Shown in pieces: positions 12,101 to 24,671 of a stretch of DNA of 64,000 bases. The notes under the pieces were generated by a model. That model had not been told where the DNA came from. It was given only the letters and a program-made list of their open reading frames with translations, and ran no database searches. How positions within the stretch are numbered: the stretch's first letter is position 1; every line of letters starts with the position of its first letter. Source of the DNA: Lingula anatina (lineage: Eukaryota; Animalia; Brachiopoda); assembly GCA_051362555.1 (NCBI GenBank), contig CM120640.1, positions 33,623,967 to 33,687,966 of the forward strand, read 5' to 3'. Made by a program: the position numbers and the translations under genes.

Positions 12101-14966
12101 AGACAGACCATCTAAAACTGCAGAAAAGTTAACTTCATTGAAACTTGTCCCCACCTTTGTTTCGCTAAGTACTAATATGTATTCAGTTTTCTTTTTATCA
12201 GTGCATCTTCATCAGGGATACACATTAATTTTTATGCTAGAGAGCATATGAATTTATATCTTCTCTCCTCGACTAGGGCAATGTGACGTGATTTCGTTAT
12301 ATTTAGTTTAGAACATTCTATAAATAATAAAGAGCCTTCTTAGTATTAAGGAAAATTCAGTGGTTTCGGTTTATGCAAGAGACTAAATGCAAACTCCATG
12401 GCCAGTATTTGAAAAGTCACGGAATATTGAATGATAAGATAAATTATGATAATGATCTTTTAAATCACCGCTATTTTCAATAGATAACATATACATGTAC
12501 TTCGCAAAAATGAATAAAATCAATGATTTATTGTTGTTTATCTGTTTCTTTACATATTTTGCAAAATTTATAAATATTTGCAGATAGATACTTGTATATC
12601 AATGCAATAAAGTAGGTTTCAAATCAAAATGGTTTCATTTTGTGCAACATAAAAGATAAAAAGTGATTCTGTCATAAAGCAACTTCGACTATTGGCATAC
12701 TATTGGCAAACTGTTCTTAAAAATTAGCTTTGTTTCTAGGGATCATTAAATATATTTTGCCAAATATAGTGATAACATTCATACAATTACATCCGGAAAC
12801 GAATGGAGTAGTTACATTCACGAGAAGGCCAAATATGTACATGTTCATATATGTCTATCAATTTAATTTAGCAAAAGCCGATCAAAGTTGTCCTTTCGGC
12901 CTTACCCACTGGAGTATTTTTTTTTTATCAGATTATGGTTTAGGCCCATATATCCTTTTATTCTTTCAAAGATAGGTTTTTTGGTCAATGTGTTCGAGAA
13001 ATGTGAGAAAGTATTATAATACCTTTACTAAACATCCATAATTTACCCTCTTTGTCTCTTAGAGGAGAACTAAGGCATGTTCGTGCTAACAATTTTTATG
13101 TCGCACTTATATGTTCTATGTCTTAGAAACACAATGTGTCCCTTGACTTCTTATTACAGGCGAACCACAAAGGTTTCGTTGATCAGTCGGTGTCGGCGAA
13201 TTATGTATCACCACCCAGAGAATTCCACCGAAGGAATCGCCAATATTTCATTTTCGTAATGTTAAAAGAAGTCTAACAGCACACCTGGGAGCAAACAACA
13301 ATTCTCACCTTACTTTGATGTTACACAGACTGCTGCCGTCGTACTTTCATATGTTCCAGTGGGAAATATCCCTAATTCCCCTTCTAATGATATGAACTGT
13401 TAATGTTTTTCTGGGGAAAGGGTTTTAATCGCCGTGTAGAACAGCTTGATTTGTGGCATGCGTTATCTAGAGGAGACAGATCGTAATGGATCCGTCATAT
13501 GGTCTAATTTGGAGCAGTGTTCAGTATGAAGTATAAGTATTTAATACTTTGTGTCAGTTGAAATAAATACAGCATATGTTTCTTGTTGTACATAGATTGA
13601 TTTCTTCGTTTGCTGTAGACCAGTGCAGTATGCATATATACAAAAACAGCTACTGCGTGTTGGTTTCACACAAGATGACAAAAACGCAATAGAGTGAATA
13701 ACATGTCAAATGGAACAGATCCAATTCACACAATCGGGGTGGTTAACGTTTGTTACAGTTATAACACTTGACAGCGTAGGTAAGTGTGTATCAATACCAA
13801 GTGGAATAATTTGATACGTACAGTTTTTCATTTCTGTAAAGCTAACCAAAACAAGTGTCAAATGCCATAAATTGCGTTTTTAAATAATATTTCTCACAGT
13901 ATGCTCCTTTTCGTGTTAGATGGTTTCATTTTGATTAAACTGTGCTCGTACTGTATCGTGCCTTAATTTAATCACCAATCTAAACCTCATTGTAGGCTAT
14001 TCCGTTGGCCCCGATTAATGCTAATATACCACTTTTCGCATCTGGCACACGGATAACGAGAAAAAGGCATTTCCGCTATACCTGATCAAGGCAGTTGATG
14101 GAACAAAATTGGCTTCGTCTTTGTCTGTGCAATAACGTTCAGTTTGTCGTCACTGCTAAACTCAGTATAAATCTGTGACCGGTCTATCTCAATGATGTGT
14201 TACTGCTCAATGATAATGAGACATTTCTTTATCACCAAAGTTAGTCGGTGAACGGGTATGTTATTTGCGTTCTATTTCTTTGGGGTTTTTGTGACGTGTT
14301 GTATGGAAAATTACAAAGCATCGAATTAGTGGGTTCTCCAGAGGACTTGTCGGCTGTGAAAATCTAATATGTAAGAACGTAATAGAGTCTGTTTCAATGT
14401 TTTGCTTTTATGAGGACCGTAGATCTTGGAACGAATTGAGAAATGGAACAGCTGCAAGAGAGTTAGTGAAAATGTTTTAACTTCATTACAAAAGGCTGGA
14501 TCCAGGGCATGTTAAGATCAAGTTTTGTAGAATGGGAAATCTTGTAAAAGGTTTTTTGTTTAATGTACCAGTGGGATGAATTTACCAAATGAAAAATCCT
14601 GTAAGTACCATTAATGTGATACGAATACACCAATACATATCTTAAACGTATAAAGCTCACCATGTATATTGTGTAGAGGATACAATAAGGCAATGTAGAC
14701 CTATCGTGAAGTGTTAATTTAAGCTGGTTCACACTTGTAAGATGCAATCATTTTGCTGCTACTTTTTTTATGTGATGTTTCATTCTTGGAATGCAATTAG
14801 GTGCCTATGTCTCGGTACATTAGACACTGCTTTTAAAGCACTTAGGCGCTACCACGAAGACGTGGAATTACATCGAGAACTTGTTGTTAATGGATCAATT
14901 TAGTTGTATTATATTACACTGACGGTAATATGTAACGACTGGAAAGAGGAAATCATAAGAGCAGTT

Positions 14967-14969
<3 letters not shown>

Positions 14970-15029
<60 letters not shown>
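14970..15029. repeat. (TA)n microsatellite
   Basis: Direct observation. Confidence 0.95.
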
Positions 15030-15031
<2 letters not shown>

Positions 15032-15640
15032 ATAGGCGTCAGAGACGGGGAGGGGGGGGGTGTTAGCCCCCCAACCTTTTAAATAGACCTAAATGCCGAA
15101 GACGAGGAAGCGAAGACTTCAAAATCGGTGTTTTTAAAATCTTGATTTTTATGGGGCGAATTTGTTTGTAAAATAAGTTGTGATTTATAACCACTGTGTG
15201 ATATTAAAGATATAAATCAACAAACGTTATCATTAAATGCTATAATTTCTTATACATGATGTCAACACAAACCCTCACATACCCTCGACTCCATTCTGAT
15301 CAGCCAGTATATTTATTGTCAGACAAATTTACATTAAAATATAATCTTTTTCAACTACAAATAAATATCGTAAATAAATAACATCTCATAGGTTTCTCGT
15401 CTTGAATCGGAAGGTTAATAACATAAGCCGATCATCATAGCAAGTCCAGCACAACATCCTGTCACGTCGATAATTCCTTCTAAATTTTTCTTTAGACGGA
15501 TGTTTCCTCTATTAGCAATAACAAAAGCAGCGTGTTGATTACCATGTTTTTATATATACCATTATGTATGTGTGTGCGTATATATTTCAGATTCGCCAAC
15601 AGACCGATAGACAATTAATGTGAACTGCCAGTCGTGAATC

Positions 15641-18600
15641 ATGAATTCTGTAAAAGGATGGTGGATGCACAAGACGAAGCACTCCCTGAATATACCGAAG
15701 CTTTACGTAGGGAACGACAACCCGCTCCAACAAATGCACAGCAACGTGTTAACTCCAAACAGCATCCCCGAGTTTACCATTCCGGGCATGGACACTCGAA
15801 GCCAAGATAGTGCCAGCTCTACTAGCTCTGGAGTGGACAGTTTTCCGTGCTCCATCAACACCAGTCCAGCGCGATCTCCCACTGGACGGGTCAGCCCCTA
15901 CAACCTGTGCGTGAGACAAACCCATTCAGCCCCAGTGTCCCCGATTGGAGTCCGAGAACCTTGCTTGTCCAGCGGGGGATTACCCAGTGCAGAAGAGCTA
16001 CGAAGCGACGATACCAACGCGGACCCCTTTTCCGTGTCTGCAATGACTTTACCCCATTTTAGAACGAAAACGTCTTACGGTTTTACCACGTTGCTGGAAA
16101 CACCGCACACGCGTCGAAAGGAGTCGCTTTTTCACGATTCTGACTCGAGCCCCTCTGTGTCCCCTTTTACAACGCGAGCCTTACGTCATCGTGTAAATAT
16201 TAAACCGGATAAAAAAACTGAAGAGAACACATTCCACAAGTCGGACACATCACCGCTTTTCGAATACAGACACTCTGACGAAAATCTGTCGAGGAATCAC
16301 ACCGGTAGTCTCAGAATTCGGAGGCACCATGCTTTGCCGCTGGGGGCGTTGAAACCAGGGAACGGTAGTGATTCAGACATTTCTCTTAAACGGTCCCCAC
16401 CGCCAACTATTTCTCCGCGAAGAAGTCCAGAATTTTCACCTATTCAGCAAAGACAGAAAAGGAGTGGGCTTTACCAACGTAGGCGCTCTTCCCTCGTGTT
16501 ACCGGAAAACACGGGCAAATGCAGTTCAACATCAGGCAAAGAGAAAGACAAAAACTCAAGAATTCCAAACAGGCTCTTGTTTAGGAGGTCTTCATTACCT
16601 GGGCAGAGTCTAGAGTATTCTTTATCCTCTCCCTGCGACTCCGAAAGGTTACAAAGACTCATAGCAGAATTTGGTGAAGCAAAGATTTCTGTCCAATATC
16701 TTAGCGATACCAAACAGCTCAAAGTTGTGCTTGTAAAAGGTGAAAACATTGGCGGACAATCTAAACATCCAAATAACGTGAACACGTTTGCAAAACTGTA
16801 CCTGTGTCCCGGCAAACTTCAGAAACAAACGTCAAAAGTTGTGAAGCGCACGAGAGATCCCGAATACAACGAAATATTTTATTTCAAAGACCTGAGCTTG
16901 GAAGAATTGCAAGAAAAATCTCTAAAGATAAAATTTTATAACAAAACTCATAACTTAAGACGCTTGGAATATATCGGGGACTTGGAGTTGGACCTCAGCA
17001 CTGTGAATTTGCAAGAGGAAACCCGCATGTGGATGGACTTGCAAGCAAAACAGGATGTGGAGGTTTGTATTGATTGTCCTCTTGAAGTATTCACTTCGCA
17101 GACTCACCAAAGTAAACTCCACAGATTGAAAATTAAATAGAACCTTGAAAAGTAATCCGTCAAAGAGTAAATCACAAACATTTAAATTTCAGGATAGTGA
17201 AATACGATAGATGAACAATCCTAAAGATTAAGAGACATTTGATATAATTTACTTTGGCTGATGTTTAACTAAGACGTGATCAACAGATTTTCCCCTAGAA
17301 AGATTTAATTTGGCGGCATACATAACGACACGAAACCCTGCATAATTACTCTTGGGAATAGATTATTGCCGGTTTTGTTCCATCTTTTTGTTCCAATGCA
17401 ATTACAAATCCCCCAAATAACGGATTAGAATAAACCATTTGTTGTGATTTTTCAAAAGTTTTCCATTTATCTTGTCCCCCGGCACGTCAACTTGACACCA
17501 TCTATCCCCGAGTAATTTTAATGTCGATACCCTAGAGGTCAATATGAAGTTTGTCAATTCTTAGCCGTATTGAAACGATCATCTTTTATAATATCAATAT
17601 ATCCGTGAAAGTAAGGGGAATTATTTGGTATGTTTAATCATTGTGTTCAATGTTTGGTAAAAAAAAAGTAAAAAAGGGGAACCACTCTGTACAATATCAG
17701 TTTTCTAAGTAAGCTGCACAGCATTGATACCACGCAATATTAAATAAACTGAAGTAGTTGAGACATAATTATTCAAGGTGGGAAGGAATTTATCACCAAA
17801 TAATTAGCCTCTGAATTTTTAAAAACGGTTTTCCTGATTTGCAGTCATTTATTTTTGCCACCGCACCAAATGGTTTTCTTCCATTATTGAAAATAGTCTG
17901 TTTCTGTCCAAAAGTTTCATACAGAAGCATTTAAGAAGGTTTATAAGGGTTTATCTCAGATGTTGCAAGTCGACAAATATCAAGTGGACTTCAACGTTCA
18001 ATAAAATGATAGATTGGATAGAATGCAGGAGAAAAACCCGCCTTGGATCTTTATTCAGTTTTACAAGATTTTTCTTTCATCTTACTACAACTAATATTGC
18101 TTTTAGACGATGCTGTTACAGTAAAAAAAATAATAATACTTAAAACCTCACGTTTTTGTGTGCGTGCAAAGCTTAGAAGGCAATTAGGAGAAACCCTGAT
18201 TTTTTTTACTGGCGGTATTTAATAATCCTTAATACAAAATTGCCATCGACATCAACACAACATGAACCCAGGGTGTAGACGGGAAGATAATTAAACAGGG
18301 CTCTCACATGCAAATATGCGAAACCCTGAATTTCTTTACTGGGGGTCTTTAATAAACCTTTTTAATACAAAATTGCCATCGCCATAAATACAATATGAAC
18401 CCAGGATGGAGACGGGAAGACAGGGCTCCCAAATACATGCGTTAGAATTACTCAAAATTAAGTCCAAATCTAAATGCTGTGCATATAATAGCTGCTTTGA
18501 CTAAGAATAAATCAGTATTATAACTATTAGTATTATTAGTAGACAACTCCATTTTTGTCCTTGCTAAAAGAAAAAAATACGGAGATCAACTTTTGGCCTC

Positions 18601-19889
18601 AATTGAAATGAAATAGTAACCAGGAATTGAAAGCATGGATGATTGATTGCGTATACACCGCATTCAACAGTGCCCGAAGTATTTGCCAATGACAAATACG
18701 GGAATTTCCTTTTCGATCAGGGCGTTACCCGGATAAGTGGTATAAGCAATTTCAATGAAAAAAGGAAAAGATTCATCGTATGTGTCTCAGATGTGTGAAG
18801 GCTCATCAAAAGAAGATGAATCTACAAGGAGTTAATGACGTATGATAGAAGGCGTACATGCATGCTCAACATATTCACACTCTATGTCTCCTTCAAAGTC
18901 TACATCAATAGCACTATATGGTCAACTGGACTAGTTCATCGTTTTATTCTAATATAAAGAGTTGTTGCTCAGAAAAAAAGTTTTTTGTTAATATATGGGA
19001 GGAAATCTATACTTACAGCATTTAATCACCCCCCCCCCCAACCCCGCTTATATATCCTGAAAAAATACACTTACTGTAAATTTATCTGTTTATTGCAGGG
19101 TCTTGGAATTTTGCAGATTGCCACTTGTTTTGAGCCGAAAACTGAGCGCCTGACATTAACGGTAAAACAAGCGAGAGATCTGCCAAAGCAGTCGATATCC
19201 GGATATCCAGGTGAGAAAAGCAATGTCTTAAGTCCTCGCTTTGGGAGGTAGGGGATGGCAAATGGCTTTCACGCGTCTTTCAATGTGTTGTCAGGTTGAT
19301 GGTTCAGAAAACGAAATCAAATGAACCGTTCATTAACAAACTGTCTCTGATTTATCTTTTCGAAAGAAAAAAACTCTCATTGCTCCATTAATTACCTCTT
19401 TTTCTTTTCTCTTTGTCATTATAACTGAACTTTTTTTGGCAGAATTCATTTAGATTCTGGTTTGTACTTTCTATTGACATAGGCCATTCAAATAACTATA
19501 TTTCACTGCTTCGTCTTTCGCGCATTTTATAAGATTGATTTTTTTCCTTTCCCTCAGATCCCTATGTTAAAGTGGAAGTGACCCAGCCAGGCCGGCCACC
19601 AATGAAAGAACAGACGCGGGCACGGAAAGGCTCTCGCTGTCCTGTGTATAATGCCTCGTTTGTGTTTCACATATCCCCGAAGTTCGAGGATCTGAACTAC
19701 ACTACAGTAACGCTTACCGTGTACGACCACCAAAACCTGAGGAGTGATATACCTCTCGGGCAAATCTGTTTAGGATATGGCTCCACCGAAGATTTGGAAA
19801 TGTCCTACTGGGCCACGGTACTTCAGAGCCCCGATCATGAATTCAAAGAGTGGTTGGATCTGAACGAAGTGCAGAAACATTCCACATAA
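15641..19889 (+). CDS. C2CD4C: C2 calcium-dependent domain-containing protein 4C-like, with tandem C2 domains
   Basis: Coding exons 15641-17062, 19099-19210, 19558-19889 join in frame at GT-AG junctions. N-terminal motifs NVLTPNSIPEFTIP and KTSYGFTTLLETPHTRRKESLFH are C2CD4 family signatures; two C2 domains follow; AATAAA at 20172. Confidence 0.85.
18191..18441. repeat. Diverged tandem duplication, unit about 125 bp
   Basis: aaaccctga...taatacaaaattgccatcg...tgaacccagg...agacgggaaga...cagggctc begins at 18191 and again at 18321. Confidence 0.9.
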
Positions 19890-20231
19890 CTAATGCTGTT
19901 TATCATATTTTTTTTTTAAAAAAAAGACGTAAAACCCCACGTTGAAGGTTTTGATGCCTTTTGTGGCGAATTGCGAAGAAATGTTGTTGAAACTTTATGA
20001 TTAAACAATTGATAGATTTCTATGATGCGGTGGAACTATGCATTGAAGCTATTGTGGGTAAGGTTCTTACCAAAAAAACTGAAAAAAACGTTTTATTTAT
20101 AACATTTTATCTACTTTTATACAACAGTTGCTGTATATTGTGGTGATACTGATTAAGCACACAATTAGCAGAATAAAACATTTCTTAAAGAATGCTTTAA
20201 TGTGTTTGTCACTATGTACAGATCAAACAGT

Positions 20232-20606
20232 TCAAACTTCAGTTTCCTTCGAGACTGTCGGTATATACATATTTTGATTTGGTCTTTCGCTTCTGAGATC
20301 GTCAATTTGAGCCATGCGTCTCTCTTCAGGATGACTTTGAGATCTTTTTATTTTACGTTTTTTCCTCAATTTTAAAAAAAGTATCACCGAAGCTAACACA
20401 AGCATGAAACTTCCACCCACGGCGATGAGAACGATCCCAGCAGGTCGATTCACACGGGCGACGAGGACTATCCCTACTACAACCTTGGCACAAGAAAGGA
20501 AGACCACGTAAACAACATTGTTATAGAAGAAAATTGCAATGTTGCTAAAACTTCTTCGTTTTGTCTTCACGTTGTGTTGGCCAGGCAACTGTTCCGGGAC
20601 TTCCAT
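20232..20606 (-). CDS. Small membrane protein, two hydrophobic segments plus basic cytoplasmic tail (124 aa)
   Basis: ATG-initiated ORF; TM-like VVYVVFLSCAKVVVGIVLV and IVLIAVGGSFMLVLASVILFL followed by KLRKKRKIKR; minus-strand AATAAA at 20092-20097. Confidence 0.5.
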   Translation of the reverse strand: MEVPEQLPGQHNVKTKRRSFSNIAIFFYNNVVYVVFLSCAKVVVGIVLVARVNRPAGIVLIAVGGSFMLVLASVILFLKLRKKRKIKRSQSHPEERRMAQIDDLRSERPNQNMYIPTVSKETEV

Positions 20607-21538
20607 TATACGTTGCTACTTGATTAAACCAGTAATCGCATGGCCTAATTTGTTCCAAGGTAATCCACATTTGAACCGTGTCATCCAAACACATACAGAG
20701 AGGATCGTAATAATCATTTGTAGCCTGGGAGTAAATGGGGGATAGATACTGTGTTTGTCAGTATGTAATCAGCAGCATAATGCCCCTACTGCGTCTAGTT
20801 TGCAAATGAAGTTCGGGTCAATTGCAATCAGTTGAATTAGCCGGCAGCATGCATAATAAAAAAACATATTATTGATGATACTCTTAAAATTACAGTTCAT
20901 GTAGGACTGTATGCGTACGTGTTTAAACAGCAAGGCAGCTGGCATACGTCAGCCAGTGATTGCCAGATGATGTCTTCTTTTTTGTAGATACCCGGTAGTT
21001 CCGATTATGAAAATTATTAAGTTGTGGTTATCGTTGTTCAGGATACACAAGTATCAAATCATTGGAACAGTGAGCCTATGTATGTTAACATTGAAGGAGT
21101 TGTTCCTTGATACAGTTGCATGTTCATATATGGCGGCTGATATGATGCTGATCATTCAGATATTTCCTTGTTTAAACCGCCAGTACATCAGTTCATTCTA
21201 TAGCCGAAGCCTGTATACAGTAGATGTTACTCACCTGCCTTTAAATTTAAAAAAATCTTAAGTGAACTGATGCAGGTAAGCACCAAGTATAGCACCGCCG
21301 TTCCTGTTTCCATCGGAGCACAGTTTATACAACTAGGTCGCCTGCTCAGGTGTGTTTGTTTACCTGCAGGTAAAGGAGAAATTACTTTTTAAGACAGTTT
21401 CGTATTTCTCCTCATCGATCCCAGAACTTATGCATGTATATACTGTACGCATTAAGAAATTTCCAAAAGTTATATTTTGGCAGTCTACATTTCCTGCAAA
21501 GCTACTAATCTCCGTGGCGGATTTACTAGTAGACGGAA

Positions 21539-21579
<41 letters not shown>

Positions 21580-21580
<1 letters not shown>

Positions 21581-22348
21581 CAGGGTACATTAATGGCTTA
21601 TCTTGCCAGTGACATGACATGACCCGTAAGGTGCTGCCGCCAGTCAGCCAAAATAAGCACTAAAATGCAGCAGAGGGGAGGGCATGTAAAACTGGCCCCA
21701 GGAAGTAAAATTTCACTCTGATATGAAAAATAACACATCAAATTAAAGGTAAATGAACAAATTTATTTCTAAAATTTATTTCAAAATTTTCAAATGATCC
21801 AAAATTGAAAAATAAACTAATTTTTCTCTTAGATGCAAATCTTCTTGATTCAAACTTGCTAAACAAGGAAGGCCGGAAGTGCCGTATAACCTAAAGGTTA
21901 CAAACCACTATTAAAAATCCCATTCACTTCCATTGTAACGTTTAATTCTCTTAAAAATATTTCCCATGCATCAACAAACACAACACTTCAGGTTTAAATA
22001 CTTCTACTCAAGGCCTAAACAATATTAAAAAATCAGGGTACATTAATGGCATAGCTTGGCAGTGACAATGACATGACCCGTAAGGTGCTGCCGCCAGTCA
22101 GCCAAAATAAGCACTAAAATGCAGCAGAGGGGAGGGCATGTAAAACTGGCCCCAGGAAGTAAAATTTCACTCTGATATGAAAAATAACACATCAAATTAA
22201 AGGTAAATGAACAAATTTATTTCTAAAATTTATTTCAAATTTTTCAAATGATCCAAAATTGAAAAATAAACTCATTTTTCTCTTATATGCAAATCTTCTT
22301 GATTCAAACTTGCTAAACAAGGAAGGCCGGAAGTGCCGTATAACCTAA
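21580..22348. repeat. Near-identical direct duplication, about 315 bp
   Basis: 21580-21894 and 22033-22348 match from tcagggtacattaatggc to ccgtataacctaa with few substitutions. Confidence 0.95.
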
Positions 22349-22364
22349 CAAACGTATCATATCT

Positions 22365-22445
22365 CCACTGCCAGACCAGACCCCTGCTTCAACCCCTTAG
22401 TGCTGAGTGCCAAGCGGGGAGACAGCAGGTACCATTTATAGAAGT
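22365..22445 (-). mobile_element. SINE core fragment (Meta-SINE-like)
   Basis: Reverse complement TAAATGGTACCTGCTGTCTCCCGCTTGGCACTCAGCAC resembles the Meta core AAAATGGTAC..TGC.TCCCTGCTTGGCACTCAGCA as recalled. Confidence 0.5.
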
Positions 22446-22974
22446 TGGCGATGCAGTTTCAAATAGAATTGTTTTCACTTACGTTCGTAAAAAAAAAACA
22501 AAAAACAAAAAAACAATATAACCACTCTGCATCTCTACCATCTAAAAGCGACCCACGTTCAGGAGAATTAGAAATTTCTATAGGGGGAGATTGAGTACTG
22601 GCCAACATATAATTCCTAACACGGGTTATCATAACATCGGCGATGACACAGTGGTAAGGACGTCTGGTTCCCAAATCGGAAGTGTCGGGTTCAATACTTT
22701 CGACCTAATGTATACTTTTAGTAAAGTGTGTTTTAAATATTTTAATTACAAGGTAAAGAGTACAGGTAAATACGCCAAGAAATGCACTTGTCATTGTGTC
22801 CTCGTCGGTGGCGCAATGGGTAGCGCACCTATATGGTTACGAAGCCTTCTTCAACGCCGACAGACACGAAGACGCCTGGAGTAGGTTAGGTGTAGGTCAG
22901 ATCTAAGGTGTAGATCAGCCTAGGAATAGCCTAGGAGTGAGCTAGGAGTAGGAATAAAACTTAGAAAACCAAAT
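22444..22974 (+). repeat. Dispersed ~540 bp repeat with two tRNA-like modules, copy 2
   Basis: Collinear with 1762-2302. Confidence 0.8.
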
Positions 22975-23443
22975 AGGCATTGAGATATAAGTTAGAAAAT
23001 CCAATATGCATTGACAAAAAAAATGAAGTTATTGCATTTTTTTTACCAGGACAGGTGTGGTGCAGTGTGAGACCTCTGGCGCATGGAGCTACCGAGGGTG
23101 TTGCGGTTTTTTTTTAATTTTTTTTTAATAAAAAGAAATAAATACTGAAGGTGAGCAGTGCTGCGGTTTGCTTTTATTTGTTGCCGTTACGCACGTCCCA
23201 GTCTCATGTACTCCTTCAAAGTTTTCGAGATTTTGTTTGTTCAATATATTAGAAGACTCTGCTCTGTTTGCTTGGGGAAATCCAAAAAATGTTAACAGTA
23301 CTGCCCCCCATTCTATTTCTGACAAAATTCACCCCAATGGTCCCCTCTTGAAATTAGAAAATTTACTAACTGAATCATAGTTCTTAACCGTACCAAATGG
23401 CACCGTTCACCCTATAAAATATCAAAATTTTTCTGAGCCCTGC

Positions 23444-23535
23444 AGCGGGCCCCGAACCCCAAGCCATGGAAGGAGTGGGGAGGGTCGACTTCGCATCTGC
23501 GGACACCTTCTTCAAATAATCCTGGATCCGCCCCT
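23444..23535. mobile_element. Right end of the GGATCCGCCCCT element family
   Basis: Homologous to 1325-1420; a possible matching left end ccgtggcggattta...G-run is at 21512. Confidence 0.6.
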
Positions 23536-23951
23536 ACCCCCTCCAAAAAATAAAAATAAAAAAATAAAATAAAAAAAAATAAAATAAAATAAAATAAAAT
23601 AAAATAATAATAAATAAATAAATAAATAAATAATAAATAAAAATTCTAAAATGTTTTAATGGGAAAGGTGACGTTATTCACGACTTTAAACAAAATCGTA
23701 AAGGAATGGGATAAATCATCAAATCTAATTGCAAAGACAGGTTGAGTAATGATTCGTGAGTAGGAGAAATTGTAAATTTTCCCAAGGAAAATTCATTTGG
23801 CCCAGTTCCTTTTTATCGACAATGAATACGATGTTAAATACTCCACAAAGGAAAATTCCATGAAGTCACTGTTTTAATTACAAAATTATTTGCGTTATAA
23901 AGCCTATAAGCGTTTTTCTTTCTTTCTTTTTTTAACGAGATCTTTACTTTG

Positions 23952-23982
<31 letters not shown>

Positions 23983-24671
23983 AAACATATAAGTCGTATA
24001 GACTAGATAAAAACATATCAAGAAAATTTTAACAGAGAAGAAGGAAACAGCAGAGACGAAAGATGAATCCTGGCGAAAAACACAATCATTAAACTGCCAA
24101 ATGACACACCTTTGTATTCTACACATAGCTACTGGGCAAATGTGAAACACAATCATTGCTGTGCTCGACGCACCTGTCGAGCTCTCTTGTCGCAATCTTA
24201 AAATAAACATGTTGTCTAAAACCAAGCATAATGTTGCGGAACGATATTTTTCAACTTTAAAAAATGAGATACATTAGTAAATGACATGTTCATTTGGATA
24301 GCAAAAAAAAAAAAAAATACATAATGCCTGAATATATTTATTCCACTGTGGTGAAATTAAAAATAACAGAGAAAACACAATCTCTGTCAGAGGTCAGACT
24401 TCGATCCATGTTTGTTGTTACCACATACCACCGCCATAATGGAAGCTGTGAGGTGACGGAAGTTTTTCCGCGAAAACTCACACATTTTATTCCGTCCATT
24501 TGACTCTCTTACGCATTGGCAGCTAAGAAAGACAGGTGGCATTGTTAAGACCACCGAGCCACTACAGTAAACAAGCATGAAGATGAAGTATAGCCTGGTT
24601 TTGGGATTGATATTTCGATCAGGTGTTTTGGTCATAAACATGAAATACAACTTGCGGTCTCAGTTTTTTTC

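Noticed and set aside
6200-14750. Many 60-140 aa ORFs
   Set aside because: No recognisable domains or consistent splice phase; expected by chance in intronic DNA.
18191-18441. CRISPR-like repeat/spacer array
   Set aside because: Only two long diverged units, no spacers or cas genes, eukaryotic context.
21539-21579. G-quadruplex or poly-Pro/poly-Gly ORF
   Set aside because: Pure homopolymer at a repeat end; length unreliable.
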